Assembly (NCBI GenBank): GCA_002104945.1
Contig: MCFH01000016.1
Location: 620,001 to 684,000, forward strand
DNA length: 64,000 bases
Reading direction: 5' to 3'
From: Piromyces finnis finn
Lineage: Eukaryota; Fungi; Neocallimastigomycota
The notes below the pieces were generated by a model. The model did not search any database, was not told the origin of the DNA, and saw nothing but the letters and a program-made list of their open reading frames with translations. This document shows positions 1-14,645 of this stretch, piece after piece (the first letter of the stretch is position 1; every line of letters begins with the position of its first letter). A program made the translations under genes and the position numbers.

Positions 1-244
1 TTCTTATTGAAATAAATTTACAATAAAGTGTTTTTTATATTTTAGTCTTTTTTTATTAATTTATTTTTTTTTTTTTTTTTTTTTTGTCTTGTTTTGTTTT
101 TGTTTTTGTTTTTTTGTATAAAAGATAATAAGTTGAATATAAATCAAAAAAAAAATAATAATAATAATAATAATAATAATATAAATAAAAAAATATTATT
201 TTTATTTTATTTTTATTATTAATCTTTTTTTAAAACTCTGTATG

Positions 245-279
<35 letters not shown>

Positions 280-287
280 ATTTAATT

Positions 288-1526
288 TTAGAATAATAAA
301 GATGCGGCCATATTTTTATCGCCATTTGCAAGTTTTAGTGCCTGAATAACTTCTAATTTTGAAAAGCCTAAACTCATTAAATCTTTGATTGCTTCGTCTG
401 AGAAATTATCAGAGGAAGAACTTGAATCTACAATATTACGAGTTTAAGGAATATGATTAGAATATTTGTTTACTTTTATAGTTGTTTTGTTTTAATTATT
501 ATTTTTGTTATTATTTTTTAATTGATTTAATAAGGATATAAAGTATATTATTATATTATTTTAATTTATCATTAAATTTTTTATTTTATTCTTTAATAGT
601 TTCTTTTAATTTTATTTTTATAATTTAAAAGTTCTTCATTGTAAACAAGAACAAAATAATCTTCTTTTTATTAAAAAATTTATCTTTCTTTTATGTTTTG
701 TTTTATCCACAACTATAGTATAAATTGTTATTATATTACAACAATAATAATATGATATATTTTATAAATTGATTACTCTCCTTTCTTTAATTTTTTATTT
801 TAATTTTTATACTTTTATATACTTTTTAAAATCTTTATATAATAATTAATTTTTCAATAATATATATATAGATATATTTTGTGAAACTTACTATTTAGGT
901 TAGATGTATTTCCTGTGATTTCTGGTTTTGGAGCTTCTGCTGATTTTCCTTTTAATTGGTTCTTTAATTCTTCCTTATTAACATTACGTTTTGGAATTTC
1001 ATGTTCAGCTAAAAATGGTACACTTTCATTACCAATTTTTAAAGCACCTTCACCTAAATCAATAATAACTTGATGTCTTTTTAACATATCCAAACCAAGA
1101 ATTAAATCAATTTTTTGATTCTATTTAAAAAGTAAAAAAAAAAATAAAGTTATAATTAGATAAAGTATAATTCATTTACTGTTAGTCATTAAAAATAAAA
1201 CTAAAAATATTCTTTTTTATTTTCATTTTCAAATTGATATTTTACTTCTAAAACTGATATAGTAGTAGCAAATGAACTATCACCAATTGTGATATCTGCG
1301 TTATGAATAACACCAAGAATTTTAGCTACACCTACACCTTGAGCAATACCTGTAAATCTATCATCAATTAAATAAGACATACTATATAATATATATATAT
1401 ATATATATAATATTATAAAATTAAAAGAAATAATATTAGAATATTGAATTATTTTTGTACGATTTGATTATTATTAATTTGATTATTTTACCCGCATGCT
1501 TCTACACATTCAGGGCTCACTATTGA

Positions 1527-1557
<31 letters not shown>

Positions 1558-2833
1558 GGTTGTTTAATATAATGAAATATAATATTAATATTTATAATGC
1601 TTTATAATATTTATAATATTATAATGAAAATTAATTTATTTACTAATTGTTTTTTGAGCTCCGGTATCAACAAAAGCTTTTAATGGATGATTATTCATTT
1701 TACAATTAATATAAAGCATAGTAATCTATTATATTTAATAGCAAAAAATAAAGTCAGTTAAAATTAATAATTTTTAACAATTAATAGTTTATTACTTACA
1801 TCTCCAAAGAATTCAGGATGATGTTCTAAAGCATACTATAAATATTAATTATTGTAAATATTTATTGTTATTCATAATATTTGTGTGATTGATTATACAT
1901 CTTTTGATACTTACTTCATAATTACGATTAATATTTTCCTTTTTAATTGCATTTTCTATTTTTCTTTGAGCTTCAATATCAAATGGATTTTCATTTATAT
2001 ATTGCTTTTTTAATATCACGTTAAGTTATAAATACAAATTTATATAAAACATTACTAGATTAATCTAATAATTAATACATTTATTTGATAGTATACATAC
2101 AATTTCTTCTAATTCTTTTCTTTTTCTTTCTTGAATTTCTCTTTCAATTTTTTTTAATTCATCTTCAAAAGCTTTTGGATTATCTATGACGCTTTCAAGT
2201 TGTGGGAATTTCTATAAAATGAAAAAACGAAAGTAAAAAAAAAACCATTATTAATATAATAATAGTAAATAAATAGATAAATATAATTAAATAAATACTC
2301 TAATTATTTCATTCAATTTATATTTATTTGATTTTAAGCTTAATCTTAAAGCTTCATAATTATTATTTTGTTGAGGTATAACTTGTGGATTCTTTGGGCT
2401 ATTATTTTGATAAATAGAATTGTAATAAAGTATATTGTTCAAGATTTTATTAATTATATAGAATATATAAATGAAATAATTTCAACATTTATATATATTT
2501 TTATAGTAAATACCTTCTTATTAATTGAATAATATCATCATTACTGATCGATAAATCGTTTAATGTTTTGTTATCTTCTTGAATGGTGTTTCCATTATAA
2601 ATTAAAATAATTTCATCAACCGATAAATTAACTATTTTTGATAGTTTTTTTTTTAAATCAATAATCTTCAATGAAAAAAAAAAAAAAAGAATAGAAATTA
2701 ATTTTTATTTTATTTTTTTTTTAAAGGAAAACATTTTCCAATGACTTAACTACTCTTTAAAACATACTTTTTCTTCTTGAGTTACTTTTACACTTTGTAA
2801 ATCTTCATCATCAATTAAAATTGAAACCTTCAT
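288..2833 (-). CDS. DDI1: DNA damage-inducible protein 1 (UBL - retroviral-like aspartyl protease - UBA), multi-exon
   Basis: Manually spliced: ATG at 2833 ([11 protein letters not shown]..), UBL-like exon ([31 protein letters not shown]), [56 protein letters not shown] (catalytic DTG), [33 protein letters not shown] (ORF 854..1093), final UBA exon from 427 ([38 protein letters not shown], stop 288-290). GT-AG introns. Confidence 0.95.
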
Positions 2834-3490
2834 TTTGATATTTATTACTATTATTAAGTCTTAAAAATATATATATATAATTATAATAATAACAAATAAA
2901 TATATTAAATAATAATAAATCTAAAATGAAAAAAATAAATATATTTTATATTAAAAATAGACATTAATTACTTTCATTAATATAAATTATAAATTTTAAA
3001 TATTAATATTAATTTAAATTAAATTTCCAACTTAAAAAATATTTTCAGAAATTCTAAAAAAAAAAAAAATGTTTAAAATCTACATATAAATTATTAAACA
3101 ACAAAAAAAAAAGATTTTATTATAATATTATAATTAAATAAAATAAAACTATTTATATAATGATTTGAATATATAAAATTAAAAAAAAAAAAAAAGCTTT
3201 ATATAAATTTTTAAATATATTTATATATATATATATGTTTTTTTTATTCTTTCTAATATTTTATAAATTATCTAAAAGAAATTGGAAAAATAAGTTACAG
3301 ATTTTAATTATAAATATTAAATTGTTTAATTGTTTGTTTGTAAATAATGTATCCATTAATTTAATTATATAATGTATATATATGACGGATGGATACATTT
3401 CTATTATATTATATATTTGATAAAAATTAAAGAATAAATCCTTTTCAAAGTTTAAATAATTCTATTATTCTAATAATGTAACTAAATTAA

Positions 3491-6400
3491 TTAAAATTTA
3501 TTTGTTCTTTGTTTTTTCTTCTTTTCTTCCATTGCTATAGCTTTTCTTTTGATCTATTAAAATAAAATGATAATAATAATAATAATAATAAGTATTTATT
3601 TATTCATTATTCAAATGTTATAATACCATTATACAATTTATAGACTTACAGAATTGACCATAGATGAAATTTCTTGCTTTTCACTTTCAATATTAACATC
3701 ACTATCAGGAATCTGTATAAATATTAACAATTGATATTTGATTTTTATTATTAATATTTTTCATCTTCAATCCATTTAATTAAACCTATAAAAATAATTA
3801 AATAATCATTTACCTTTTCTTTAGCAGATGATGATTTTGATTGATTTTGTCTGGCTTCCATTAACTTTTCCATGTTCTTTGTCTTCTTATATCTTTTTAA
3901 CATTAACAAATATACATGTTTGTTTTTAGTTAATATTCTTAATAAAATTATCATTTTTATTTACTTTATAGATTTGAACTATTAAATAACAAAAAATTAA
4001 AACATACTGTGGCATAGTTGGATCAATAGCAAATTGATGATCTGTTAAAACTGATGAGAAACGTGGATCATTGATGTTTAATTCGAAATTATCTTCAGCT
4101 AATTCCTTCTTTAATCTCTTTTGTTTTCCCTTTAACTTCTTCTTTCCTTGTAATTTTTCACGTTTCAATACATCCTTCATATCAAACTCATTGGCCTTCT
4201 TAACACTTTCACTGTTATCCATCATTAAAAGTTGTAATTCTTCCTTTGACTTACGTTTGGCTTCTCTTTCTTCTTTACTTAATCTATTCTTTTTATTCTT
4301 CTTCTTACTTTCTTTATTTTCTGTTAATAATAAACAGAAATCAAATAATATTTATTTATATAAAATATTAGTATTTAATTATTTATATTTTGAATATTAA
4401 AAAAATAAAAAATCAATTTTTCTAATTTACCTCTCTTAAATTCTTCACTTTCTTCTAATTCTCTTTCAGCTTCAGCAAAGAATGGATCATCCATATCAAT
4501 TTCATCCATTTCATTATCAGATATTAAATTATCTAATCAAAAGTAAATAAATTTTATACCGAAATTATATAAATTATATATAACAAACAGTTAATTATAA
4601 TATGAAATGTTTGTTTTTTTTATACAATTTAAATAATATTATTTATACCATCATCATCACTTTCTTCTTCCTTATTCATTTTCTTCTTCATTTCACGTTT
4701 GGCCTTCTTCTTTTCTCTTTGTTTTCTTAAGTATGCATCAAATACAGTTTCATTTTCTAATTCCTATTACACGAATATTACATTATTAATTTTTAATTTC
4801 ATAAAATAAAAATATCATTATATCAATTATTAATATATCATTTTATATTATTATTTTACTATCAATTTATCTTAATATATTTAAGTTATTATTTATATTT
4901 ACTTCTTTTTCCTTCTTTTTATCTAATATGTTCTTAGCAGCTTGACTTAAACCTGGGGCAAAGGTAATTTCCATTTCTTGATTATTGTCTTCATTTTCTT
5001 CATCATCACTATTTCCTAATAATAATTTCTTATATCTTTCTCTTGCTTCTTCATCATCTTCACTATCTTCTTCATCTGAAGCAATATAAGCTTGGAAATC
5101 CATATTCTTTAAATCTTCTTTGGTAAACTTTCTACGAGTGATTTTTAAACGATCTGGATCATCATCATCCCAAGTTAATTTTACTTTTGAGTGTCTAAGT
5201 GCTTCAGTTGAGAATTCATTTGGTTCGTAAGCAACTGGGGTTTCATATGCAGCATTACTATTTATTAGTAATAAAGTTGGTGTTTTTGTTTAAAATTATT
5301 ACAATATAATTAATTAAAATGGAATCATTATGGTATAACTTTTAATAAATTTATATATTATGTTATTCTTACACTGGTTCATCATCAAAAGTTTCTTCAT
5401 CTGGAATGAAACGAAGATCAAGAATATTTGAGGATTTTTCGATTTCTACACCATCACAGTTATTGTATATTTCAACAGCTGTATCTACTGTATCACATTC
5501 AACAACAGCATAATAATACCTTTTATAGAAATAAAAATATTATTACAAATATGTACATATTTCCATTAATTGAATAAATCAATAGATAGATATTTTTAAG
5601 ATTTTCAATAATAAAAATATTTACTTCAAACGTTCTAATTGATACTTTCTTAATTCTTCATTATCAAATTCTTCACCTTTATCTTCTTTAACTAAGGTTT
5701 CAACAGTGACTTCCTCTTCATCATCTTCTTCAATTTTACCACCAAAAATTGCAGCTGGTGGACCATTTCTACTTTCCTGTTATTACCATTATTATTTCAT
5801 TAAATGTTTATTCTTTAAAAATTATTTTTTCTAAATTTACTATATAAATTTAGTTATTAATATATTTACCTCTTCAAGACGCTTTTTACCAAATTCTGAT
5901 TTATAAATTTTTACTGATTGAATTGTACCATTTGCTGGTTTAAAAGAATCAAATAATTTGAATAAATCAAGAGCCTTTTATATTGAGGTTTATTATGATT
6001 TACCAAGGTAATTATTTACATTTATACAATAATGAATTAATATTTATTTAATAATGTGTAATTAATTTCTAATCTTATATTAACATACTCTTATTTTATC
6101 CCAGTCAAGATTTACTGCAGCAAAACGTCTTGTTTGATCTCCAGTTGGAACATCCTAAATATTAATAGATGTTTTTGTTAAATTTATATTTAAATTGTAA
6201 TTGTAAGAATAGCATTTATCATTATCAAATGCTTTTATTATATTTTAATACACTTACACCATAAATATCAACTTCTGGAGCTTCAGCTTCAATATCTGAC
6301 CAATCATCTTCAGAAGAAGAATATAATACACCTTCACCTCTAGCATAATCAATTTCATGTTCTGATTCTGATTCTTCATCACTTCCTTCTTCCTCTTCTT

Positions 6401-7007
6401 CTTTTTCTTTTCCTTTATCAAGTTTTTTATTTTCTACATTTTCTAATTCTTCTTCTTCTTCGCTTTCTTCGGAAGTAACTTCTAATTCCTTTTCATCATC
6501 TGAATCTCTATCTTCAATTTTATAATATCTTTTTATATCTGATTTACTATTTTTAATTTTTCTACCATACTTATCAACCCTTCCTATTTATACAAATAAT
6601 ATTGTTATTTTTTTTATTATTTTTTTTTTTTTGAAGAAAAAAAAATATTAATTAAAAGTTGTTGCTTTAGATTAATATTTAATTAATATATTAAATTTTG
6701 TTGTTCAACGCTATATTTTTAATAACTATAATGACTTCTTTTTTTTTTTTTAATAGTTCAACTAATAATAATTTATATCAATTTTTAAAAAAATCATTTC
6801 AATTAAATAAATTATTTTACCAACTACAGAGAAATCTTCATTTTCTAACATTTGACTGAAACGTTTATCAATGTTAATTTTGGTCTTGTTTTTCTTTGGG
6901 CGAAGGAAACGTGGGTCAGAGAAAACCCTTGAAAAACGAGGGTCTGTGGTAACAAAATCATTTTTATTCCCTTCTTTCCATTGATTTTTAACCTTTGGTT
7001 TTGGCAT
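3491..7007 (-). CDS. ESF1: Pre-rRNA-processing protein ESF1, multi-exon
   Basis: [15 protein letters not shown] (ORF 6762..7007), [85 protein letters not shown] (ORF 4867..5103), NUC153-like [18 protein letters not shown] (ORF 3926..4225), end ..SMVNSIKRKA..RTNKF* at 3491. Confidence 0.95.
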
Positions 7008-7362
7008 TTTATTATTATATAAACTATTAATGTTTAATTATAAATAAAATATTGTTAAAGAAAAGTTTTAAAAAAAATAGGTATATAACTTAAAAATTCA
7101 TAATTCTATATAATACAATATAATGATAATATATGTTACTTAAAGAATGATTGGATATTTTATTGATTTTTAAAAAAAAATTGAATATATATAAAAATTA
7201 TTTATTTTTATACACTATATGAAATTTTAAAAATTTAATTACTGTTACACAATTATACTTTAATTTTTAATTAAGTAATAAAAAAAAATGAATATTAATA
7301 TTTATTATAAAATTTATTCTTTAAAATTTTTTTTAATTAGAAAAATAAATAATATAAAAAGA

Positions 7363-8549
7363 ATGGATATTGATGTTATAGATGCAATGGAATTTGAAAG
7401 TAAAGTTTTCATTAATAAATAAAATGAAAGTTAAAAGTTAATAAAGATAAAAAATATTAATAACATATACAAAATTTGATTTGAATATTAAGGTAATAAG
7501 AATTTACGAGAAGTAGGTTCTTTAGCAACTTGGTCACTATCAACATATAAAATTGGATACGGGATTGAACAATTACGTGATGATAATGGAGATACATATT
7601 GGCAGTAATTATTTAAAATATCAAAATATTTTAAATTATTTTCAATGAAATTTAAAATATATAATTTAAAAATAATAATAAAAAAAAATTTTTTTTATCA
7701 ATTATTTAATAATAGGTCTGATGGACCACAACCTCATTTAATTAATATACAATATAATAGAAAAATGAATATAAGTGTAATTCAATATAAATGATTTTAT
7801 AAATATAAAAATCATATATAGAAGGATGGTTTTTTCTTTTTTCGAGAAATATATTATTTAAAATTTAATTTTCCAATAATTAATTTTAAATTGATATTTA
7901 TGTACATGTACCAATAAACAAAATAATAATCATTTTTTTTTCTTTAATAGCATATTGCCCTATTGTTGGATTATAAACAAGATGAATCATATACCCCAAA
8001 TAAAATATCTTTAAGAGCAGGAACAAGTTTTCAAGATTTACAAGAATTACAATTATTTGATTTGGAGGAGCCACAAGGATGGCTATATATAAAATTATAT
8101 GATAATAATAAGTAATTCTTTACTATATTATATACTTAATACTAAAAATATATAAGCAATATTAATAAATTAATGATTGTTAAAAAAAACATCTATTGAA
8201 ATATGTATATTACTTATATTATTTTCAAGACCATTACGAACTCATTTAATTCAAATTGCAATCATTTCAAATCATCAAAATGGAAAAGATACACATGTCA
8301 GACAAGTTAAAATATATACAGAAAGAGAGTAATTATCACAAATAATATAATTGTTTGTTATTATTTTGTATTTTATCAATTATTAATATATTTAATAAAA
8401 ATAAAAAAAAATATATAATGATATATATTGTATTTTATTTATATTTATAATACTATTAACTATTATTATAAATTAGACCATTATATCATGATAAGGACTT
8501 ATTACCATTTTCAAGTCTTGAATTTGAAATGTATTCAACTATAATATAA
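7363..8549 (+). CDS. APC10: Anaphase-promoting complex subunit 10 (DOC1), 6 exons
   Basis: Spliced exons give [110 protein letters not shown]. No exon is long enough to appear in the ORF track. Confidence 0.95.
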
Positions 8550-8783
8550 AAAAAAGTGTATCTTAAAGCACATATATTAAAAGTTTTATTGATTTTTTTA
8601 TTTTTCGAATTTATTTTTTTTTATATTATACCAAAGAAAAAATGTATATATTAAAGTTATTTTTATTCAAAAAAAAATAAATATTAAATAAATAAAACAA
8701 TTATTTTCTCTTAATATTCGAAAGTTGTTATATATAACATATTATACTATTAATATTTTATGTTTTTTATTTATTCATTCATT

Positions 8784-8828
<45 letters not shown>

Positions 8829-9532
8829 TTATTTTTATTATTTTTATTATTGTTATAATAATAATTAATTGCATTGATAATAATTAAATTTTAAAAAATA
8901 ATTTTTATAAGCTTCTCTATGTGAAATCTTTTCTATATTATTATTGTTGTGGTGGTGGTGGTGGTGGTAGCTATTAAAAAAATTTTTCCCTTCAAAACAA
9001 AGTATTATTTAAAAAAAATTTTTATTCTTTATTTTAAATAGAAATTTAAGAAAAAAAAAATCTACTATTATTGATATACAAAATAATTAAAATTAAAAAA
9101 TTTTAAAATATATTTTATATAAAAATAAAAATATATAATAATACATTAATAATATATAATAAAAATTATTCTAATATATAATCTTTTTTTTTTTTTTTTT
9201 TTTTTTTAATAGTTTCATTTAAGGTTTAAAAGTAGTGCTATATATATATACAATTATAACATTAATAAGTTAAAGCTAATTAAAATATAGAATAATATTA
9301 TATAACAAATCTTAATATATTTATTAAACTATAATAATTTACACAAGTGGGATTTAAAATCCATTATTATTAATTTAATTTCAACATAATTTCTTAATTA
9401 TAAAATTATTTAAATGAAATTGAAATATATATTTTATAACATAAAAGTATTTAAGTAATTCAATAAAACAATTTGAAAAATATTCAGTTCTCAAATAAAT
9501 AAAAATATAATATATATATATTTTTTAAAAAA

Positions 9533-11424
9533 ATGCATTCAGGAAAGGATTCAAATGAACGCTTAAATGAACGTTCAAAAAGGCTTAGTATTACCTCAGC
9601 GACATCAAAAGATATTTCAGAAGAATTATCATTATGGAATCAAATCTGTACAGATCTCTTAAATTTATATAATTTACATAAAGAAGCTGAAACAGTAGTT
9701 CAAAAAACAAATAAATACCATGACAAAATTAATGGAAAACCTGAATGTAATTATTTTTTCCTATATTATAATACCATATACAAAGATGAAAATTAAATAT
9801 AGAAAGGAGAAGGGAAAATATAATAAATCTTATTGATAAATTATTATTGTTGTTGTTATTATATATATAAGTAGTTAATATAGAAATAAAAATAATCATT
9901 AAAATAAAATAAAATAAAATAATAGAAATTTTAAAAATTTAAAAAAGAAATACTAATTCTTAACAAATTTATATTTAATAATAAACAAAATATTATATAT
10001 TTTTGTAATTAATATATATATTATACTTTTAAAAAAATAATTATTAAATTAATAAAATCAAAGTATTAAATCCAAAGGTTGCTAAAAAATTAATAGAAAG
10101 TTATAATAGAGTAATTGAGAAAGCTACAAAAGAACAAAAGTATGAATTTATGTTAAATATTTTAACTTAAATATACAGTAAACATAAATTATGATAAAAT
10201 TATATATATTAAATGTTATAATTTAAATATTGCAATATTAAATAGAGAAATTACCAAAACAAAGGATAATTTAGATATATTAATTGCATTACAAAATAAT
10301 TCAGAGAGTGGTAATTATATTTTATATTATAAGCATTTTCTATTATTCATTTGCAAATAGTATTATAATTAATCATCAAAACATTGTATATAAAAAAATA
10401 AGGAATAGAACATAAAAGAAAGAAACGTAAGATGGATAAATACTTAAATTCCTCAAAATTAAAGTATATATTTTATATAAATAAACTATTTAATATTTAA
10501 TAGTTAATAATCAATTATTAATTACAAATTGCAAATTTCTTTTTTTTCAATAGATCTCATGATAATAAACAATACAAACCCTTATCACCGGGAAATTTAG
10601 TAATAAAAAATTTTATGAAAATAACATTTTTGAAAATTGTTTTTTTTTTTATTTTTATTCTAATAATTAAAATTAAATAATATTAGGTTGTTGTTAAACC
10701 ACCTGGTCAAGATTGGTTATTAGCTTCAGTCTTGCAATATTTTCCTGATAAAAACAAGTATCTACATATTTCCTATAATATATCTATACTATATAATAAA
10801 AAAAATAAAATTCTAAATAATTTACATTTTATTTTTTTGTATATACATAGATATGAAGTGGAAGATGTTGAAGATGATGAAGATAGACCTGGTATAAAAA
10901 AGTAATTAAATTTATTTTTATTATTTTTATTGTTACTATTATTATATTATATAATTATATAATTATATATATATATAAAAAGGAAAATTACACATATATC
11001 AAGATTATTAAAACAACTATTTATAATAATAAATTTTTAGACGCTATATTTTCCCAGTAAAATGTGTTTTAGAAATACCTAACGAAGATAATCAAAAACC
11101 ATATTTCCCAATTGGACATGAAGTACTTTCACTATACCCGAATAGTTCTTGTTTTTATAAGGCTACCATTATTAAAACCCCAAATGAAGTAAATAATATA
11201 TTGGTTTTATATAGTACTGATAAAAAAAATAAAGAAATACTTAAAGTTTTATAATTAATATTAATAATTTAATATAAATATAAATAATAAAGCATAAAAA
11301 TTCGTCAAATGGTAAACCTGCATATATTGTACGGTTTGAGGATGATGATGAAGCAGAACGTGAAGTTCCAGCAGATCGTGTATTAGATATGCCACCAAAA
11401 ATGAAATTGAAAGAAGACAAATAA
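9533..11424 (+). CDS. SGF29: SAGA-associated factor 29 (coiled coil + tandem Tudor), multi-exon
   Basis: N-terminal exon in ORF 9533..9796; later exons LSPGNLVVVKPPGQDWLLASVLQY, KYEVEDVEDDE, FPIGHEVLSLYPNSSCFYKATII, AYIVRFEDDDEAEREVPADRVLDMP..EDK*. These match the SGF29 Tudor motifs (LALYPxTTCFYxA, Y-x-x-x-FEDD). Confidence 0.9.
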
Positions 11425-11630
11425 ACCATAGTGTTTGAATATTATTTATTTTAATAAATAAAATGTTTTATATAAGAAATGTTATAAATATTTTATTTAT
11501 ATTAATTTATATATAGATAATAAAATAGTATATATAAAAAAATGTTAACTTTAAAAATTATTTTATCATTATTTCTTTCAAAGAGAAAAAAAGTCTATCC
11601 AGTTAATACTATAAATTAATTTTAATGCAA

Positions 11631-11635
<5 letters not shown>

Positions 11636-11679
<44 letters not shown>

Positions 11680-11722
11680 AGAGAGAGAGAGAGAGAAAGA
11701 AAGAAAGAAAAGAGAAGAAAAA
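11636..11722. repeat. Poly(A) tract (~40 nt) followed by (GA)n and (GAAA)n
   Basis: Directly visible in lines 11581-11701. Confidence 0.85.
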
Positions 11723-12558
11723 AGAAAAATCATTAACTATATAAGTGTTTTTAAATTATATAAAAATAATAATTATGATAATTGAAAAAAATTTTTTTTT
11801 TCCTTTAAATTATTATACAGTATATAAATAAGTAAAGAGAAAAAAAAGTAGTAAACTTTTATATATCTTTTCATGAATATTTTTATATTTTTTTTTTATT
11901 GTTTTAGTATTTATTGTGCATTTAATAGTTAAAATCTTAAGAATATTCCAAAAATAATGATAATAATAAATTATCTAGTGAGATACTCTTTATTTTAAAA
12001 TTTTAAAAGAAATTATTTTTAATTGAGTATAATGTTTTAAAAAAGATAAAGGAATCAAAATTCTTTTTTTTTTTATTCTTATTTTTATTAATCAATAAAC
12101 CTTAAAATAAATATTCATTAATAAAACAATTTTTTTACTTTAAAGTTCGATGTTATATGTTATGTAATTATTACAATCGTTATCATAATTAAATTAATAC
12201 ATTATATAAGAATAAATTTTAAAATAAAAAAATGAATATTAAATACAATTAAAATAGATTAAAAGGCTAAACAATTAAAATAATTACTACTAGCCCTAAT
12301 CTTTATTTCTTTTCTATTAAATAAGTGAATGATGTAAATAAAATATTAATATTTTAGATAAATGTAATAAATAAATTAAATGAATATTTAAATAATTTAT
12401 ATAATATTTAATAAACTAATTTATAATAATTAATTTATTAGAAAATTATAGTAATTATTAATGGTCCTATAATTTTCCGAGCAGCTTTATCTTAATTTTA
12501 TTAATTATGACATCTATTATAAACTTTAAAAAATCAAAAATAATATTTTAATTATTTT

Positions 12559-12640
<82 letters not shown>
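12559..12640. repeat. Compound microsatellite (CTA)n-(AAT)n
   Basis: Directly visible in lines 12541-12601. Confidence 0.9.
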
Positions 12641-13210
12641 TTGTAGTAATAAATTTTGAGGAAAATGAATTTTCATTAGCTGTCTATATTAATGAAATTC
12701 TTAATTATTTTCTGTGAAATAGCTATGTTTAGGAACCTTTTTTTTTTAAAAAAAAAAAATAAAAACTTTTTAATTTTACTTTTGTTAATAGAAGGACCAT
12801 AAAATAAATTTAAAAATATATTTATAATTATATATATAATTGTATATATGTATTTATAATATCGAAAGAAAAAAAAATTTTTTTTTCTATTATACACTAA
12901 ATATTGTTAAGACGATCAATTTTTTATTATTAAATTAGGTGATTTTCATAATTTACATTAATGCTTTAAGAATATAATAATCATACATTACTTATATTAT
13001 TATATAGACTTTAAAGAATTTTTCTTTTATGATAGTTTTGGTTTTAAAACCAATATACTATTATAAAAACTTTATATTTGTCTTTTTCACAATTAGATGA
13101 ATATCTTTTTTACAATTTTTATCTTTATCTTTTATTTGTTATTAGTGAATAATTTGGTGAAAAAAAAAAAATTATTGAGACAAATTTCTAAAACAATACA
13201 AATTAAAATT

Positions 13211-13211
<1 letters not shown>

Positions 13212-13294
<83 letters not shown>

Positions 13295-13374
13295 TAGAAT
13301 AATAATAATAATAATAATAATAATTAGAATAATAATAATAATTAGAATAATAATAATAATAATAATAATAATTA

Positions 13375-13423
<49 letters not shown>

Positions 13424-13445
13424 TAGAATAATAATAATAATAATA
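13212..13445. repeat. (AAT)n microsatellite interrupted several times by TAG triplets
   Basis: Visible; it produces the spurious poly-N and poly-I ORFs 13097..13297 and 13172..13456. Confidence 0.9.
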
Positions 13446-14539
13446 ATCATAATCAAAAAATTTACAAAAGATTTTATAGATTTTATTTTATTATTAAAGA
13501 TGAATTACAATAATGGATATAGATATTAAAATACCCATAAAGTTTTAAATTACAAACAATGCATTTTATTACACTTACATCTATATGATGAATTAAACCT
13601 TTTGATATTAATTTATAATTGTATATAAATATTTATTTTTTCTTTTAAAGTAACACATAATATCTTTATCCAAAAAATAATGAAGTTTTTATCATTATAA
13701 TAGTAATTGTACTTTTAAAAATTATAAATACAATAAATATAATATTTATAACTATATTTATTATTGTTTTTTTTTTAATCATAATCTTAGTATTTTTAAA
13801 TCTTTCCTAGCCAAATGAAAATAAAAAAATTGGATAAAGTTTTAATTAATTAAAAAACAAATATTTAATATTAATTAATAATATATCCAATTAAAATCCA
13901 AAACTTCTGTGGCGTTTTAATTTATTTATAATAAAAAATTTGAAACATCAATAATAATTATTTTAAGAATTAATTTGGTTCAAATTAATATATAACAATT
14001 TTTTATCCAGTAATGATAATACTAGAAAATATAGTATTATACTCCCGAAATGTTGCTTATAATAAGAAAACATAATTTTGATTGATTTTTATAATTGTTT
14101 GTATGTTAATATGCAATTAGTAAATTATATTTAAAATTAATCAACCAACTAACTAATTAACCAATTAATTATAACTTGTAACAAATTTCTACTACTATAC
14201 TTTATAATAATAATAATAATAATAAAAGTAAATGCTTGGTAATAATTATTAGTTAAGTAACCAGTTACCAAACCATGTGAAGATATAAAATTTTTAATTA
14301 CTTATTGGTTCGTTTCTTAATTTAAAAGTACAAAAAAAATTTTATTTAATAATATTGCTGATAGAACAAATATAAAGTTAGGTAATGTTAGTATTACTTA
14401 TAATATTAATAATAAAATTTATAATGATACGAATAATACTAATCAAATAATGAAAATCTTTAAGGTAATTATAACTATAAGTAAATAAATAAATAATACA
14501 ATAAATATATAAGCATTATAATAAACATATACATAATAA

Positions 14540-14645
14540 TAATAATTATAATTAGAGTAATAATAATAATTAGAGTGATAATTATAATTAGAGTAATAAT
14601 TATAATTAGAGTAATAATTATAATTAGAATAATAATAATAATAAT
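14540..14645. repeat. Short minisatellite, ~18-bp unit AATTATAATTAGAGTAAT
   Basis: About 4-5 imperfect copies visible in lines 14521-14641. Confidence 0.75.

Noticed and set aside
1640-1730. Retroviral-type aspartyl protease motif (FVDTGAQ) considered as a retrotransposon remnant
   Set aside because: It is the spliced catalytic exon of DDI1, flanked by UBL and UBA exons; no gag, RT or integrase.
12660-12705. AT-rich inverted repeats and hairpins (also ~32445-32460 and ~50823-50848)
   Set aside because: Short palindromes are abundant by chance at this AT content, and there are no paired TIRs or TSDs defining a MITE.
12676-12897. Isolated short AT-rich ORFs (also 32154..32336 and 48578..48775)
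   Set aside because: Dominated by K/N/I/F/Y from background composition; 48578..48775 is the antisense of DSC3 exon 1.
13097-13456. Poly-Asn and poly-Ile ORFs (also 33052..33264)
   Set aside because: They are translations of AAT/TAT microsatellites, with no coding-like composition.
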